Below, piece after piece: positions 16,430 to 24,605 of a stretch of 57,488 nucleotides of DNA. The stretch is from positions 1 to 57,488 of the forward strand of contig DYJZ01000002.1 of NCBI GenBank assembly GCA_020722885.1, in the 5' to 3' direction. The notes below the pieces were generated by a model that was not told where the DNA came from, did not search any database, and worked only from the letters and a program-made list of their open reading frames with translations. The position numbers and the translations under genes are program-made. Positions within the stretch are counted from its first letter, which is position 1. The number at the start of each line of letters is the position of its first letter. The stretch is from Thermoanaerobaculum aquaticum (GTDB lineage Bacteria > Acidobacteriota > UBA4820).

Positions 16430-17489
16430 AGATTTAACAGTTGAAGTCGCTGATTGTTCTCAAAAAGCGCTTGATTTCCTCAAAGAAAAAGGAATCAAGA
16501 CAAAGAAGTGTGACCTAAGTTCAAAACAGGAGATTAAAAAAATAGTTAATGATGCAGATATAGTCATTGGTGCACTTCCAGGCTTTATGGGATATGAGTG
16601 TGTAAAAAATGTAATTTCCTTTAAAAAGGATATAGTAGACATCTCCTTCTTTCCAGAAGACCCTTTTCTTCTTGAAGAAGAAGCTAAAAAAAACAGGGTC
16701 ACCTGCATAGTTGATGCAGGAATAGCACCGGGCTGTAGTAACCTGATTGCAGGAAGAATGATGAAAATCCTCGATGAGATAGACTCTTTAATGATTTATG
16801 TGGGCGGTCTTCCTTTAGAAAGAAAATGGCCCTATGAATACAAAGCTCCCTTTTCTCCAATCGATGTAATAGAAGAATACACGAGACCTGCAAGGGTCGT
16901 AAGGTTCGGTAAGGTGGTTACTATGGAAGCTTTAAGTGAAAGTGAGTTAATAAATTTTAATGGTGTAGGAACTCTTGAAGCATTTAATACCGATGGATTG
17001 AGAACACTTCTTAAAACCGTCAAAGCAAAAAATATGGCTGAAAAAACATTAAGGTATCCTGGACATATTGATAAAATTAAAGTTTTAAGGGAAACGGGAT
17101 TTTTCTCAAAGCAAAAAGTCGAAATAAATGGAAAAGAAATAGTACCGCTTGCTTTGACCTCAAAACTTCTTTTCCCACTCTGGAGCTTTGGTGAGGGAGA
17201 AGAAGATATAACTCTACTCAGAATTGAAATAAAAGGAAAAATTAACAATAAAAACGCAAATTACAGGTTTGAACTTTTTGATAAAATGGATACAGAAAAA
17301 GGAATTTCATCTATGGCAAGAACTACCGGTTACACCGCGACGGCTATAGCAAGGTTAATCCTCAGCAAAAGATTTAGAGAAAAAGGAGTTTTCCCTCCAG
17401 AATTCATAGGCAAAGACATAAACAATTACCTGTTTGTTATGAAGGAACTTGGATCGAGGGGGGTAGTTTTTAAGGAAATAACAAATTAA
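16362..17489 (+). CDS. saccharopine dehydrogenase-like NAD(P)-binding oxidoreductase
   Basis: Rossmann motif VVLGAGRVGSAIARDL. Length and C-terminal domain fit the saccharopine/carboxynorspermidine dehydrogenase family. Overlaps the preceding ORF by 68 nt. Confidence 0.65.
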   Translation: MKAVVLGAGRVGSAIARDLYLDKDLTVEVADCSQKALDFLKEKGIKTKKCDLSSKQEIKKIVNDADIVIGALPGFMGYECVKNVISFKKDIVDISFFPEDPFLLEEEAKKNRVTCIVDAGIAPGCSNLIAGRMMKILDEIDSLMIYVGGLPLERKWPYEYKAPFSPIDVIEEYTRPARVVRFGKVVTMEALSESELINFNGVGTLEAFNTDGLRTLLKTVKAKNMAEKTLRYPGHIDKIKVLRETGFFSKQKVEINGKEIVPLALTSKLLFPLWSFGEGEEDITLLRIEIKGKINNKNANYRFELFDKMDTEKGISSMARTTGYTATAIARLILSKRFREKGVFPPEFIGKDINNYLFVMKELGSRGVVFKEITN

Positions 17490-17493
17490 AATT

Positions 17494-17527
17494 AAAAAAA
17501 GGGGCGCTGATGCGCCCCATTTTTTTA
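17494..17527. terminator. bidirectional rho-independent terminator
   Basis: AAAAAAA-GGGGCGC-TGAT-GCGCCCC-ATTTTTTT, lying between two convergent genes. Confidence 0.85.
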
Positions 17528-17758
17528 TTCTCCATCGTCGCCTATAGCTTCTGTGGGGCACGAACTTTTTGCATCTTCCATAAGCTGGGTTTCCTCAGGG
17601 GTTGAGGGTTGCTTTTTCACATAGGCGTGAGACGAATCATCGTTCATTGCGAAAAAATCTGGTGCAATAGAAACACACGAATCGCAAGCAATACAGTTTT
17701 CATCAACATACCATTTTCCCGGAACATTTTCTGTAACTTTTAAACTCTTGTCTGCCAT
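17525..17758 (-). CDS. small ferredoxin (single Fe-S cluster type)
   Basis: CIACDSCVSIAP...SCPTEAI. Start at MADKSL is preceded by AAGGAGG. The longer tracked ORF would run into the promoter. Confidence 0.8.
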   Translation of the reverse strand: MADKSLKVTENVPGKWYVDENCIACDSCVSIAPDFFAMNDDSSHAYVKKQPSTPEETQLMEDAKSSCPTEAIGDDGE

Positions 17759-17804
17759 AAAATCCTCCTTAAAGTAATTCTTTCCGCTATTCGCAAAGAG
17801 TAAT

Positions 17805-17833
17805 AATATAACCTTGCAAAGAAAAGTTGTCAA
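17805..17833 (-). promoter_or_regulatory. sigma-70-type promoter of the ferredoxin gene
   Basis: On the minus strand TTGACA-17 nt-TATATT, about 40 nt upstream of the start codon. Confidence 0.5.
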
Positions 17834-17910
17834 GTATTTGTAGAAGTCAATAACATACTGGATTTTTTAAAGGAGGTAGGAGATGATAAGTGGGGAGTGG
17901 TAAGAAAAAA

Positions 17911-17959
17911 CGCAGTCTTTGCGAGCACTTCTACGCAGCATCTTCCTGCGAAGCAATCT
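17911..17959 (-). repeat. REP-like hairpin unit M3, inverted copy
   Basis: The reverse complement reads AGATTGCTTCGCAGGAAGATGCTGCGTAGAAGTGCTCGCAAAGACTGCG. Confidence 0.7.
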
Positions 17960-17989
17960 TTCTTTTTTTTGACAGGTTCTACTAAGTTA

Positions 17990-18295
17990 GCCTTCGAGGG
18001 CTAAACAAACGAATCCGTCTTCCTTTTTGCCCCATCTTTCGCAGCAGCAATTCACAAACCGCCCTGTTTAAACAAATGCCCTTTGCGTAGATGTTTATCC
18101 CTGCCTGAAGTCGGTTTTCACTTTACGGGTGCAAGGAGGGGGGTGCTTCGTCGTCACCGCCCACCCTTCAAGCATAGCAATTAAGGATATTTAGGCTGAA
18201 GCTACCGCCGATTTTGACCAACTCCTTATCGCTGCATGCCATTTTGACCTACTTTTAGAAAACCTTAATGGGAAAAAAAGAAAGGATGGTAGTAG
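17990..18295. ncRNA. candidate structured non-coding RNA / repeat-associated GC-rich segment
   Basis: About 300 nt with no ORF, clearly GC-richer than its flanks. Local helices include CTTCAAGC/GCTGAAG and GGTG-N9-CACC. A G6 tract is present. Confidence 0.3.
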
Positions 18296-18307
18296 GTTTT
18301 GAAAGAG

Positions 18308-18897
18308 CTAATTTCTTTCCTCAAAAGTCTTTTCTATCTCCTGCTTGGTCACTTTTCTGATGTCAAAGCCGACTTTCGATGCAAGGTCCTGGTAAAAAGC
18401 CTCATCCTGATATTCGTGTTTTCCTTGCATTTCCCTCATAATCTCATAAAGTTTTTCTTTGCCCAGTTTTTTTCAAAGAAAATGAAGATACCTAAAGACG
18501 CATTATATCCATCAGATATTCTTTTCCAGGCGGTGATTTTCTCATCTTTGCTCATCTTTTTAGATTTTTTTGTTAAATCATAAGATTCAATAGGTGGCGA
18601 AAAAGAAGTGAAAACATATTCTCTTATTTTATCATCGCATAAGGCTTCTATTGCCTTTGCCTTATCTAAATATGAGTCTTTACAGCGTATGCCAACAGTA
18701 CACTCAGCAACGGTATACTCAGTATAGCAGGCGCACCCCTCTTCAAACCATCCGGTGGAACAAATTGACATTCTGCTTCGCATAGCGGGATAGTCTAAAA
18801 GAGAATGCATAAGCTCGTGTGCTTCAGTAAATATTTCACAAAGGATTGTTTCAGTCGCGTCATCGGACGAGTTTTTATCAATGAGAACAAGAGAGGT
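18308..18897 (-). pseudogene. decayed peptidase-MA-like (HExxH) metalloprotease gene
   Basis: TEAHELMH ... GWFEEGCACY (HExxH plus a downstream EG-x-A-x-Y) lies only ~27 codons after an in-frame TAA. The C-terminal part continues in another frame after an A7 run near 18467-18473. Confidence 0.5.
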
Positions 18898-18959
18898 CTC
18901 CGTTTAGGATGATAGGTCAACATATTTATATCTTTCCGGCTTTTTTTCGAAAGAGAGTA

Positions 18960-19280
18960 TTATAAGTTGAAAGTTTCTTTTGGAAATTTTTTTTGCATCA
19001 TTTTCTCCTCAATGGTGATCATCTGATAATACGCTTCTTTGATCTTTTCAAGATCAAAAGAAACATCACCTGAGGAAAGGATTTTCAGCGTTATATCTTC
19101 TATAATTATGCCGGAATAGATTTCTGAACATCTTTTCGAAATATGGTTATTGATATTTACGGTGGGTCCTTTTGCTTCCATGTTTCCACCACTAATAAAT
19201 CTTAAAGAACAATCGTAGAAAAAGAGGATAAATCCGACTGTTATTAGACAAATTAGAGAACGTGTCCGTTTCATCATCAT
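18960..19280 (-). CDS. hypothetical protein with N-terminal signal/anchor (possibly the N-terminal fragment of the decayed protease gene)
   Basis: 106-aa ORF with a hydrophobic N-terminus, MMMKRTRSLICLITVGFILFF. Contains an A8 run. Confidence 0.3.
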   Translation of the reverse strand: MMMKRTRSLICLITVGFILFFYDCSLRFISGGNMEAKGPTVNINNHISKRCSEIYSGIIIEDITLKILSSGDVSFDLEKIKEAYYQMITIEEKMMQKKFPKETFNL

Positions 19281-19599
19281 CTCCTTTTAAGAAGTGAAAA
19301 GAGCCATTCGCTCGTACAAATTGTAATGGCGCGGGAGAAATGCGCAATTTTTGTTTAGATCTCATTAAATCGAGAATCTGCTTTATTCAAAGTTTGCTGC
19401 AGTTAAGTCCCTGTCACTGACTATAACCGTGACAAACGTCTCTGCTTCGCTTCTAAGTTCTTCGCTTCACTTCTTTCTTTGGCTTTTGGCGGAGGTTTTT
19501 GGAAAGTTTCTAACTTCCATTGCTTTGAAATTGTGTGTAATTGGCACTTTTCTGGGGGGGGTAAAATAAAAGAAAATGCCTTCAGCAAAGAACCTTCAA

Positions 19600-19770
19600 T
19601 TTTTTTAACAGCAACCAAAAAATTCACCAAAAACCCTCCACTCTAATAATATGCAAAAAAAATGTTTGTCAATCACATCCTTTGACTACCGCGACCATGA
19701 AAGGCTAAGGTCAGGAAAAGTAAAGAAACAGGGCTGTGGAAGCAATTCCCACAGCCTCTACTAATTTTTC
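19600..19770 (+). repeat. decayed copy of the 43.6-kb repeat variant
   Basis: AAAGGCTAAGGTCAGGAAAAGTAAAGAAACAGGGCTGTGGAAGCAATTCCCACAGCCTCTACTAA parallels 43716-43822. Includes an 8-bp hairpin, GGCTGTGG (19732-19739) with CCACAGCC (19749-19756). Confidence 0.6.
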
Positions 19771-19927
19771 TTTCATTGATAGCATAAATAAGTTTTTTTC
19801 GCTCCTTTTTCACCCTCAGAAAAGTCTTATGTGTTTCTGAACTTTTGCACCTGAAATGGCAAAGTACTTATCTAATTGAATGTTGACATAAGTTTTTTTT
19901 TAATCTATTATTAAGTTTGGGGAAAGA

Positions 19928-21736
19928 ATGACTAACTTGAGGGAGGAAATGAAAAAGTATATTCTTGCAGTTTACGACAAGGAAATACCAAGACTTCTGC
20001 TTCCACCGAGCTGGGAGCTCATTCAATTGGAAGATTATTCAAAAGGGATGAAGCATATTGCTTCTTATTGCCCATATTTTCTTGTGCTTAAAAGTAACAT
20101 CAAAAATGAGAAAGCAACAGACTTTTTAAAAGAGGTAGAACAGAGATTTGGAGTTATTCCTCCATCTGTAATTCTTGATTTACAAAAAGAAGAAGAATTA
20201 AATACAGAAGAGAAAGCGTCCCTCGGAATTGTGGCAGGTTTTATGAAAGAATCAAGTTTTAAGACAATTATGAAGGAAATCGAGCCACTTCTTAAGGAAC
20301 CTCCTCTTCCGAGGATGAACATTCTTGAGTTTATTGCAACCTTAATGAATGAAAAAATGAGCGGGATATATCAATTCCAGATTTCTTCTTCCCGTTTCGA
20401 AATTATTTCCAGAGAAGGAAAAATTGAATGTATTGTGGATGAGGTTTTTCGAAATACCTACAGAGACCTGCTTTCTCAGGGAGGTCTCGAACTTCCTCCA
20501 ATTGAAACTAATATTATTAAAGACATCTTTAATATTGATGCCAGAGGGTATATTTACCTGGACAAAATCAAAGCCATCAAAGAATTCGCTATTGAAAAGA
20601 CCTTATCAGAATTTCCGCTTGATCAAAATTACAAATTTGTCAAAACTTCTGATGAATATCCATTAGGGAATACTATCGGAATTGAATGCAGTGAAATCTT
20701 GAGAAAACTCTCAACAAAAATTCCTCTGCAAACATTGGAAATTCTGAAAAAGTGCTCTTTTAAAAAATCCGTTTTGCTCGAAGAACTTACAAAATGCGTT
20801 CCTCTTTTTCCGGAAGAGGGATATCTTCTTCATATACTTGAGGGCGAACTATCTTTTAATGAAATTAAAACAATATTAGGTACTGATGAGCCAGCTCTTT
20901 TACAAAAACTTTATTTTCTTTTTATTCTTGGTTTTCTTTCAACCAATCCCGGTGGAGGAATTCCACCACGAATAAAGTATCTTAAAGAAGGAATTCTTTC
21001 AAGAGAAAAATTAATTTCCTCACAATCATTATCCATCGAGCAGTTTGCCCAGACACTTCAAATACCTGGTTTAAGTCCATACAGGGTTTTAGGTATTGAT
21101 GAAAAATCAACTCTGGTGGAAGCAATTGATGCTTTCAGAAATCTTGAACATCTTTTTAGACCGGAAGAATTAGACATTTTCGTTCAAAAAAAATATTCAA
21201 AACACCTGACTTTTATAAGAAGTAAGCTGACTGAAGCAATCCTCCTTATTGAATCTTTTCACTTCAATGGAAAACATAAACAGCAGGAAGCTGCTGTTTC
21301 AAAAATGGAAAAGATTGAAAGAACGGGAAGCGGAAAAACAGAATCCCAGAAGATTGAAGAAGGAAGAAAAAAGGAAGCAGAGCGCCTTTTCTTAATAGCA
21401 AAAGAATATTTTGAAACAGACCATATCTATGAGGCTGGACAGTATCTTAAAACAGCTTTGATTTACGATCCATTCTCTGCCCCCTGCAGACATCTTCTTG
21501 CTTTAACATACCTTAAGATGAAAGACATGAAATCAAAATATATGGCTGAAAGGGAATTAAAGCTTGCAATCGAAAATGACCCCTGGACTGCAAAATATAT
21601 ACTTGACCTTGCCCGTCTATACATTGAAGTAGATATGCCAAACAGAGCAAAATCCCTCTTAGAACAAGCGCAGAGAATAGACCCCACCAATCCCGAAATA
21701 AAAACTGTTAAAGACCTTCTCAAAAAAACCAACTAA
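19928..21736 (+). CDS. hypothetical multidomain protein with degenerate J-like segment and C-terminal TPR repeats
   Basis: 602 aa. SPYRVLGIDEKSTLVEAIDAFRNLEHLFRPE resembles a J domain but has no HPD. The C-terminal ~130 aa is TPR-like. Confidence 0.6.
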   Translation: MTNLREEMKKYILAVYDKEIPRLLLPPSWELIQLEDYSKGMKHIASYCPYFLVLKSNIKNEKATDFLKEVEQRFGVIPPSVILDLQKEEELNTEEKASLGIVAGFMKESSFKTIMKEIEPLLKEPPLPRMNILEFIATLMNEKMSGIYQFQISSSRFEIISREGKIECIVDEVFRNTYRDLLSQGGLELPPIETNIIKDIFNIDARGYIYLDKIKAIKEFAIEKTLSEFPLDQNYKFVKTSDEYPLGNTIGIECSEILRKLSTKIPLQTLEILKKCSFKKSVLLEELTKCVPLFPEEGYLLHILEGELSFNEIKTILGTDEPALLQKLYFLFILGFLSTNPGGGIPPRIKYLKEGILSREKLISSQSLSIEQFAQTLQIPGLSPYRVLGIDEKSTLVEAIDAFRNLEHLFRPEELDIFVQKKYSKHLTFIRSKLTEAILLIESFHFNGKHKQQEAAVSKMEKIERTGSGKTESQKIEEGRKKEAERLFLIAKEYFETDHIYEAGQYLKTALIYDPFSAPCRHLLALTYLKMKDMKSKYMAERELKLAIENDPWTAKYILDLARLYIEVDMPNRAKSLLEQAQRIDPTNPEIKTVKDLLKKTN

Positions 21737-21806
21737 TTCTTTTTGTTAAAATTGAATTGAATTAAAAATAACAAAAATTTGTTTTTTGATTTTAAGGAGT
21801 TTAATA

Positions 21807-22676
21807 ATGAAACAAATCGATTATTCAAAAAAAATAGCCTCATATCAGAAAAAAGAAATTACAGAACATTATATTTATAAAAAACTGGCTGAATATCAAA
21901 AAGATCAAAACAACAAGAAAATTCTTAATGAGATTTCAAGCGACGAACTTCGACACTACAATGTCTGGAAAGAAATCACAAAAAAGGATTTTGGAGCGTC
22001 AAAAATAAAAATTTTTCTCTTTTTGTTTATTTGCAAAATTTTCGGGCTAACTTTTGGCATTAAGTTCCTTGAAAAGGGGGAAGCAGAAGCAGAAAACCAG
22101 TACAGGTTAATAGTTGAAAAATTCCCACAATCAAGAAAAATTATTGAAGAAGAAAACAAACACGAAGAAGAACTTATAAAAATGATAGATGAAGAGAGAT
22201 TAAAATATGTTGGTTCCGTGGTTTTGGGATTAAATGACGCTCTTGTCGAGTTGACAGGCAGTCTTGCAGGTTTGACTTTTGCACTTCAAAATTCTTTAAT
22301 TGTTGCAGTTTCTGGACTGATTGTCGGTATATCAGCCTCACTTTCGATGTCGGCATCTGAATACTTGTCAACAAAGGCAGAAGAAAACGAAAAAAATCCT
22401 TTAAAATCTTCTATTTACACCGGTTTTGCCTATATTGCAACTGTATCATTGCTTGTTCTCCCTTTCTTTATTTTTTTAAGTCCATTTATTGCTTTATTTG
22501 TTTCAATTTTAATTGCCATATTTATCATCGCTTTTTTCAATTTTTATTTGGCTATGGCTAAAGATAGGCCCTTTTTTAAACCTTTTTTTGAGATGATTTT
22601 GATAAGTTTGTCGGTTGCGTCAATAAGTTTTGGAATAGGATACATCGCGCGCCTTCTTATTGGAGTGGAAATTTAG
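21807..22676 (+). CDS. VIT1/CCC1-family iron transporter with N-terminal ferritin-like domain
   Basis: GLNDALVELTGSLAGL and C-terminal TM helices. N-terminal ELRHYNVW / ENKHEEEL pairs. ATG 21807 follows AAGGAG. Confidence 0.7.
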   Translation: MKQIDYSKKIASYQKKEITEHYIYKKLAEYQKDQNNKKILNEISSDELRHYNVWKEITKKDFGASKIKIFLFLFICKIFGLTFGIKFLEKGEAEAENQYRLIVEKFPQSRKIIEEENKHEEELIKMIDEERLKYVGSVVLGLNDALVELTGSLAGLTFALQNSLIVAVSGLIVGISASLSMSASEYLSTKAEENEKNPLKSSIYTGFAYIATVSLLVLPFFIFLSPFIALFVSILIAIFIIAFFNFYLAMAKDRPFFKPFFEMILISLSVASISFGIGYIARLLIGVEI

Positions 22677-22686
22677 AAACAATCTT

Positions 22687-23991
22687 TTATGTTTCTTTTC
22701 TTTTCTTCCACAAATCCAGCCATTCTTTTATTTTCTTTTCATAGCCCGTTTCTTTTGGATGGTAGTATTTCCTGTTTTTGAGTTGTAGGGGAAGACATTC
22801 CATTTTTGCTATCCCCTGCTCCTCACTATGAGCATAGATGTAACCTTCTCCATATCCAGCTTCTTCCATTAGTTTTGTTGGAGCATTTCTTAAGTGTAAG
22901 GGAACAGGATACCTCTTTCCCTCTTTTAAATCTTTTTTCACCTCTGAAGCGGCGACATAAAGAGAGTTTGATTTGGGAGAGGCACAGAGATAAACAACGG
23001 TTTGTGCAAGAGCCAAATCGCATTCAGGCATACCGAGAAAATCAACCGCATCTTTTGCCGAAAGCGCAAGCCGCAAAGCAACGGGATCAGCGTTTCCAAT
23101 ATCCTCTATGGCGACTCTGACAAGTCTCCTTGCAATATATAAAGGGTCTTCTCCACCTTCAAGCATTCTGTAAAGATAGTACAATGCGGCATCAGGATCT
23201 GAATTTCTAATAGATTTGTGCAAAGCGCTTATTAAATTGTAGTGCTCTTCGCCACTTCTGTCATAAACTATCTTGCTTTTGGAAAGCCATTTCACAATGG
23301 AGGGGGGATCAATTCCCATTCCTTCGGGGTAGTGGAGAACAAAAGATTCGAGAGCATTTAATGCAAACCTGGCATCGCCTGCCGAAATGTCCGCAAATGT
23401 CTCGAGCAAACCTGCTTTTATTTTTGTTTCTGCTTTTTCTTTTATTTTTCTGTCATTCTTAATAGCATTTTCAAGAATTTTTACAATAGATTCTTTTGAA
23501 AGCAAGGGAATCACTATTACCTGGCATCTGCTTAAAAGGGCTTCTGTCAAATGGAAAGATGGATTTTCAGTAGTTGTTCCAAGAAGAATTACAGATCCTT
23601 CTTCAAGATAGGGAAGAAAAGCATCCTGTTGAGCCCTGTTGTACCTGTGTATTTCGTCTATAAAGAGTAAAGTGCTTCTTCCCTCTTCCTGCCATCTCCT
23701 TTTTGCCCTTATCATTACCTCTTTTACTTCTTTTATTGAAGAAAGAACTGCAGAAATTGAAGAAAAGAAATTTCTTGTTCTTTTTGAAATAATTTTTGCA
23801 ATTGTAGTTTTTCCACTTCCAGCAGGTCCCCATAGAATGGAAGATGTCAAAGAATCACTTATTATCTGAGCACCAAAGGGAGTATTTTCCCCTATAACTT
23901 CATTAAGTCCGATAAGTTCATTTAAATTAAAAGGCCTGACCCTCTCTGAAAGAGGGACAGGCCCTTTTGAACCTGAAAAAAGTTCTGTCAT
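22687..23991 (-). CDS. rarA: replication-associated recombination protein A (AAA+ ATPase)
   Basis: Walker A GPAGSGKTT, Walker B LFIDEIHR, and a conserved MgsA C-terminal domain. Confidence 0.9.
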   Translation of the reverse strand: MTELFSGSKGPVPLSERVRPFNLNELIGLNEVIGENTPFGAQIISDSLTSSILWGPAGSGKTTIAKIISKRTRNFFSSISAVLSSIKEVKEVMIRAKRRWQEEGRSTLLFIDEIHRYNRAQQDAFLPYLEEGSVILLGTTTENPSFHLTEALLSRCQVIVIPLLSKESIVKILENAIKNDRKIKEKAETKIKAGLLETFADISAGDARFALNALESFVLHYPEGMGIDPPSIVKWLSKSKIVYDRSGEEHYNLISALHKSIRNSDPDAALYYLYRMLEGGEDPLYIARRLVRVAIEDIGNADPVALRLALSAKDAVDFLGMPECDLALAQTVVYLCASPKSNSLYVAASEVKKDLKEGKRYPVPLHLRNAPTKLMEEAGYGEGYIYAHSEEQGIAKMECLPLQLKNRKYYHPKETGYEKKIKEWLDLWKKRKET

Positions 23992-24003
23992 TTTAAAAAC
24001 TGC

Positions 24004-24594
24004 TTATTTTTCTTCATCCTTGGCTTCCGAAGGAGTTTCAGACTTATTTATTTCTTCAGTACTCCTTTTTTCTTCAACCTCAGCCGGGGCTGTTTCCTGT
24101 TTACTTTCTTCACTGGATTCGGGAGTTACTTCCTTTTTCTTTTCTTCCTCTTTTGCTGAAGCTACCTCTTTTTGTTCTGCGGCTTCAATTTTCTCCTTTT
24201 TCTTAGCTTTTTTCTTTGACTTATCTTCAAACTTTGGCTCGCGGCCAACCAGTTCAATTATCGCTTCCTCCGCGCTGTCTCCCCTTCTGAAACCTGCCTT
24301 GATTATTCTTGTGTATCCCCCGGGTCTTTGAGCGTTTAGAGGCCCGATTGTGGCAAAAAGTTTTTTTAACGCCTCTGGATCCTGGATATCCTTTGCCACT
24401 AACCTTCTTGCATGAAGAGTGTCTTTTTTTGCAAGTGTTATAAGTTTTTCGACAAATCTTCTAACTTCTTTCGCCTTGGCAACTGTGGTCTTTATCCTGT
24501 CCTTTTTGATCAAACTGATTGTTTGATTTCTTAGTAGTGCCAATCTGTGTTCTGATGTTCTTCCAAGTTTTCTGTGGTCTATGTTATGGCGCAT
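24004..24594 (-). CDS. rplQ: 50S ribosomal protein L17 with ~75-aa Lys/Glu-rich C-terminal extension
   Basis: N-terminal MRHNIDHRKLGRTSEHRLALLRN. Last gene of the alpha operon. Confidence 0.93.
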   Translation of the reverse strand: MRHNIDHRKLGRTSEHRLALLRNQTISLIKKDRIKTTVAKAKEVRRFVEKLITLAKKDTLHARRLVAKDIQDPEALKKLFATIGPLNAQRPGGYTRIIKAGFRRGDSAEEAIIELVGREPKFEDKSKKKAKKKEKIEAAEQKEVASAKEEEKKKEVTPESSEESKQETAPAEVEEKRSTEEINKSETPSEAKDEEK

Positions 24595-24605
24595 TTTTCA
24601 ACCTC

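Noticed and set aside
19541-19555. TTGGCAC-N5-TGG resembling a sigma-54 -24/-12 promoter
   Set aside because: The -12 element is TGG rather than TTGC. It lies 370 nt from the gene start inside repeat debris, and there is no enhancer-binding protein gene nearby.
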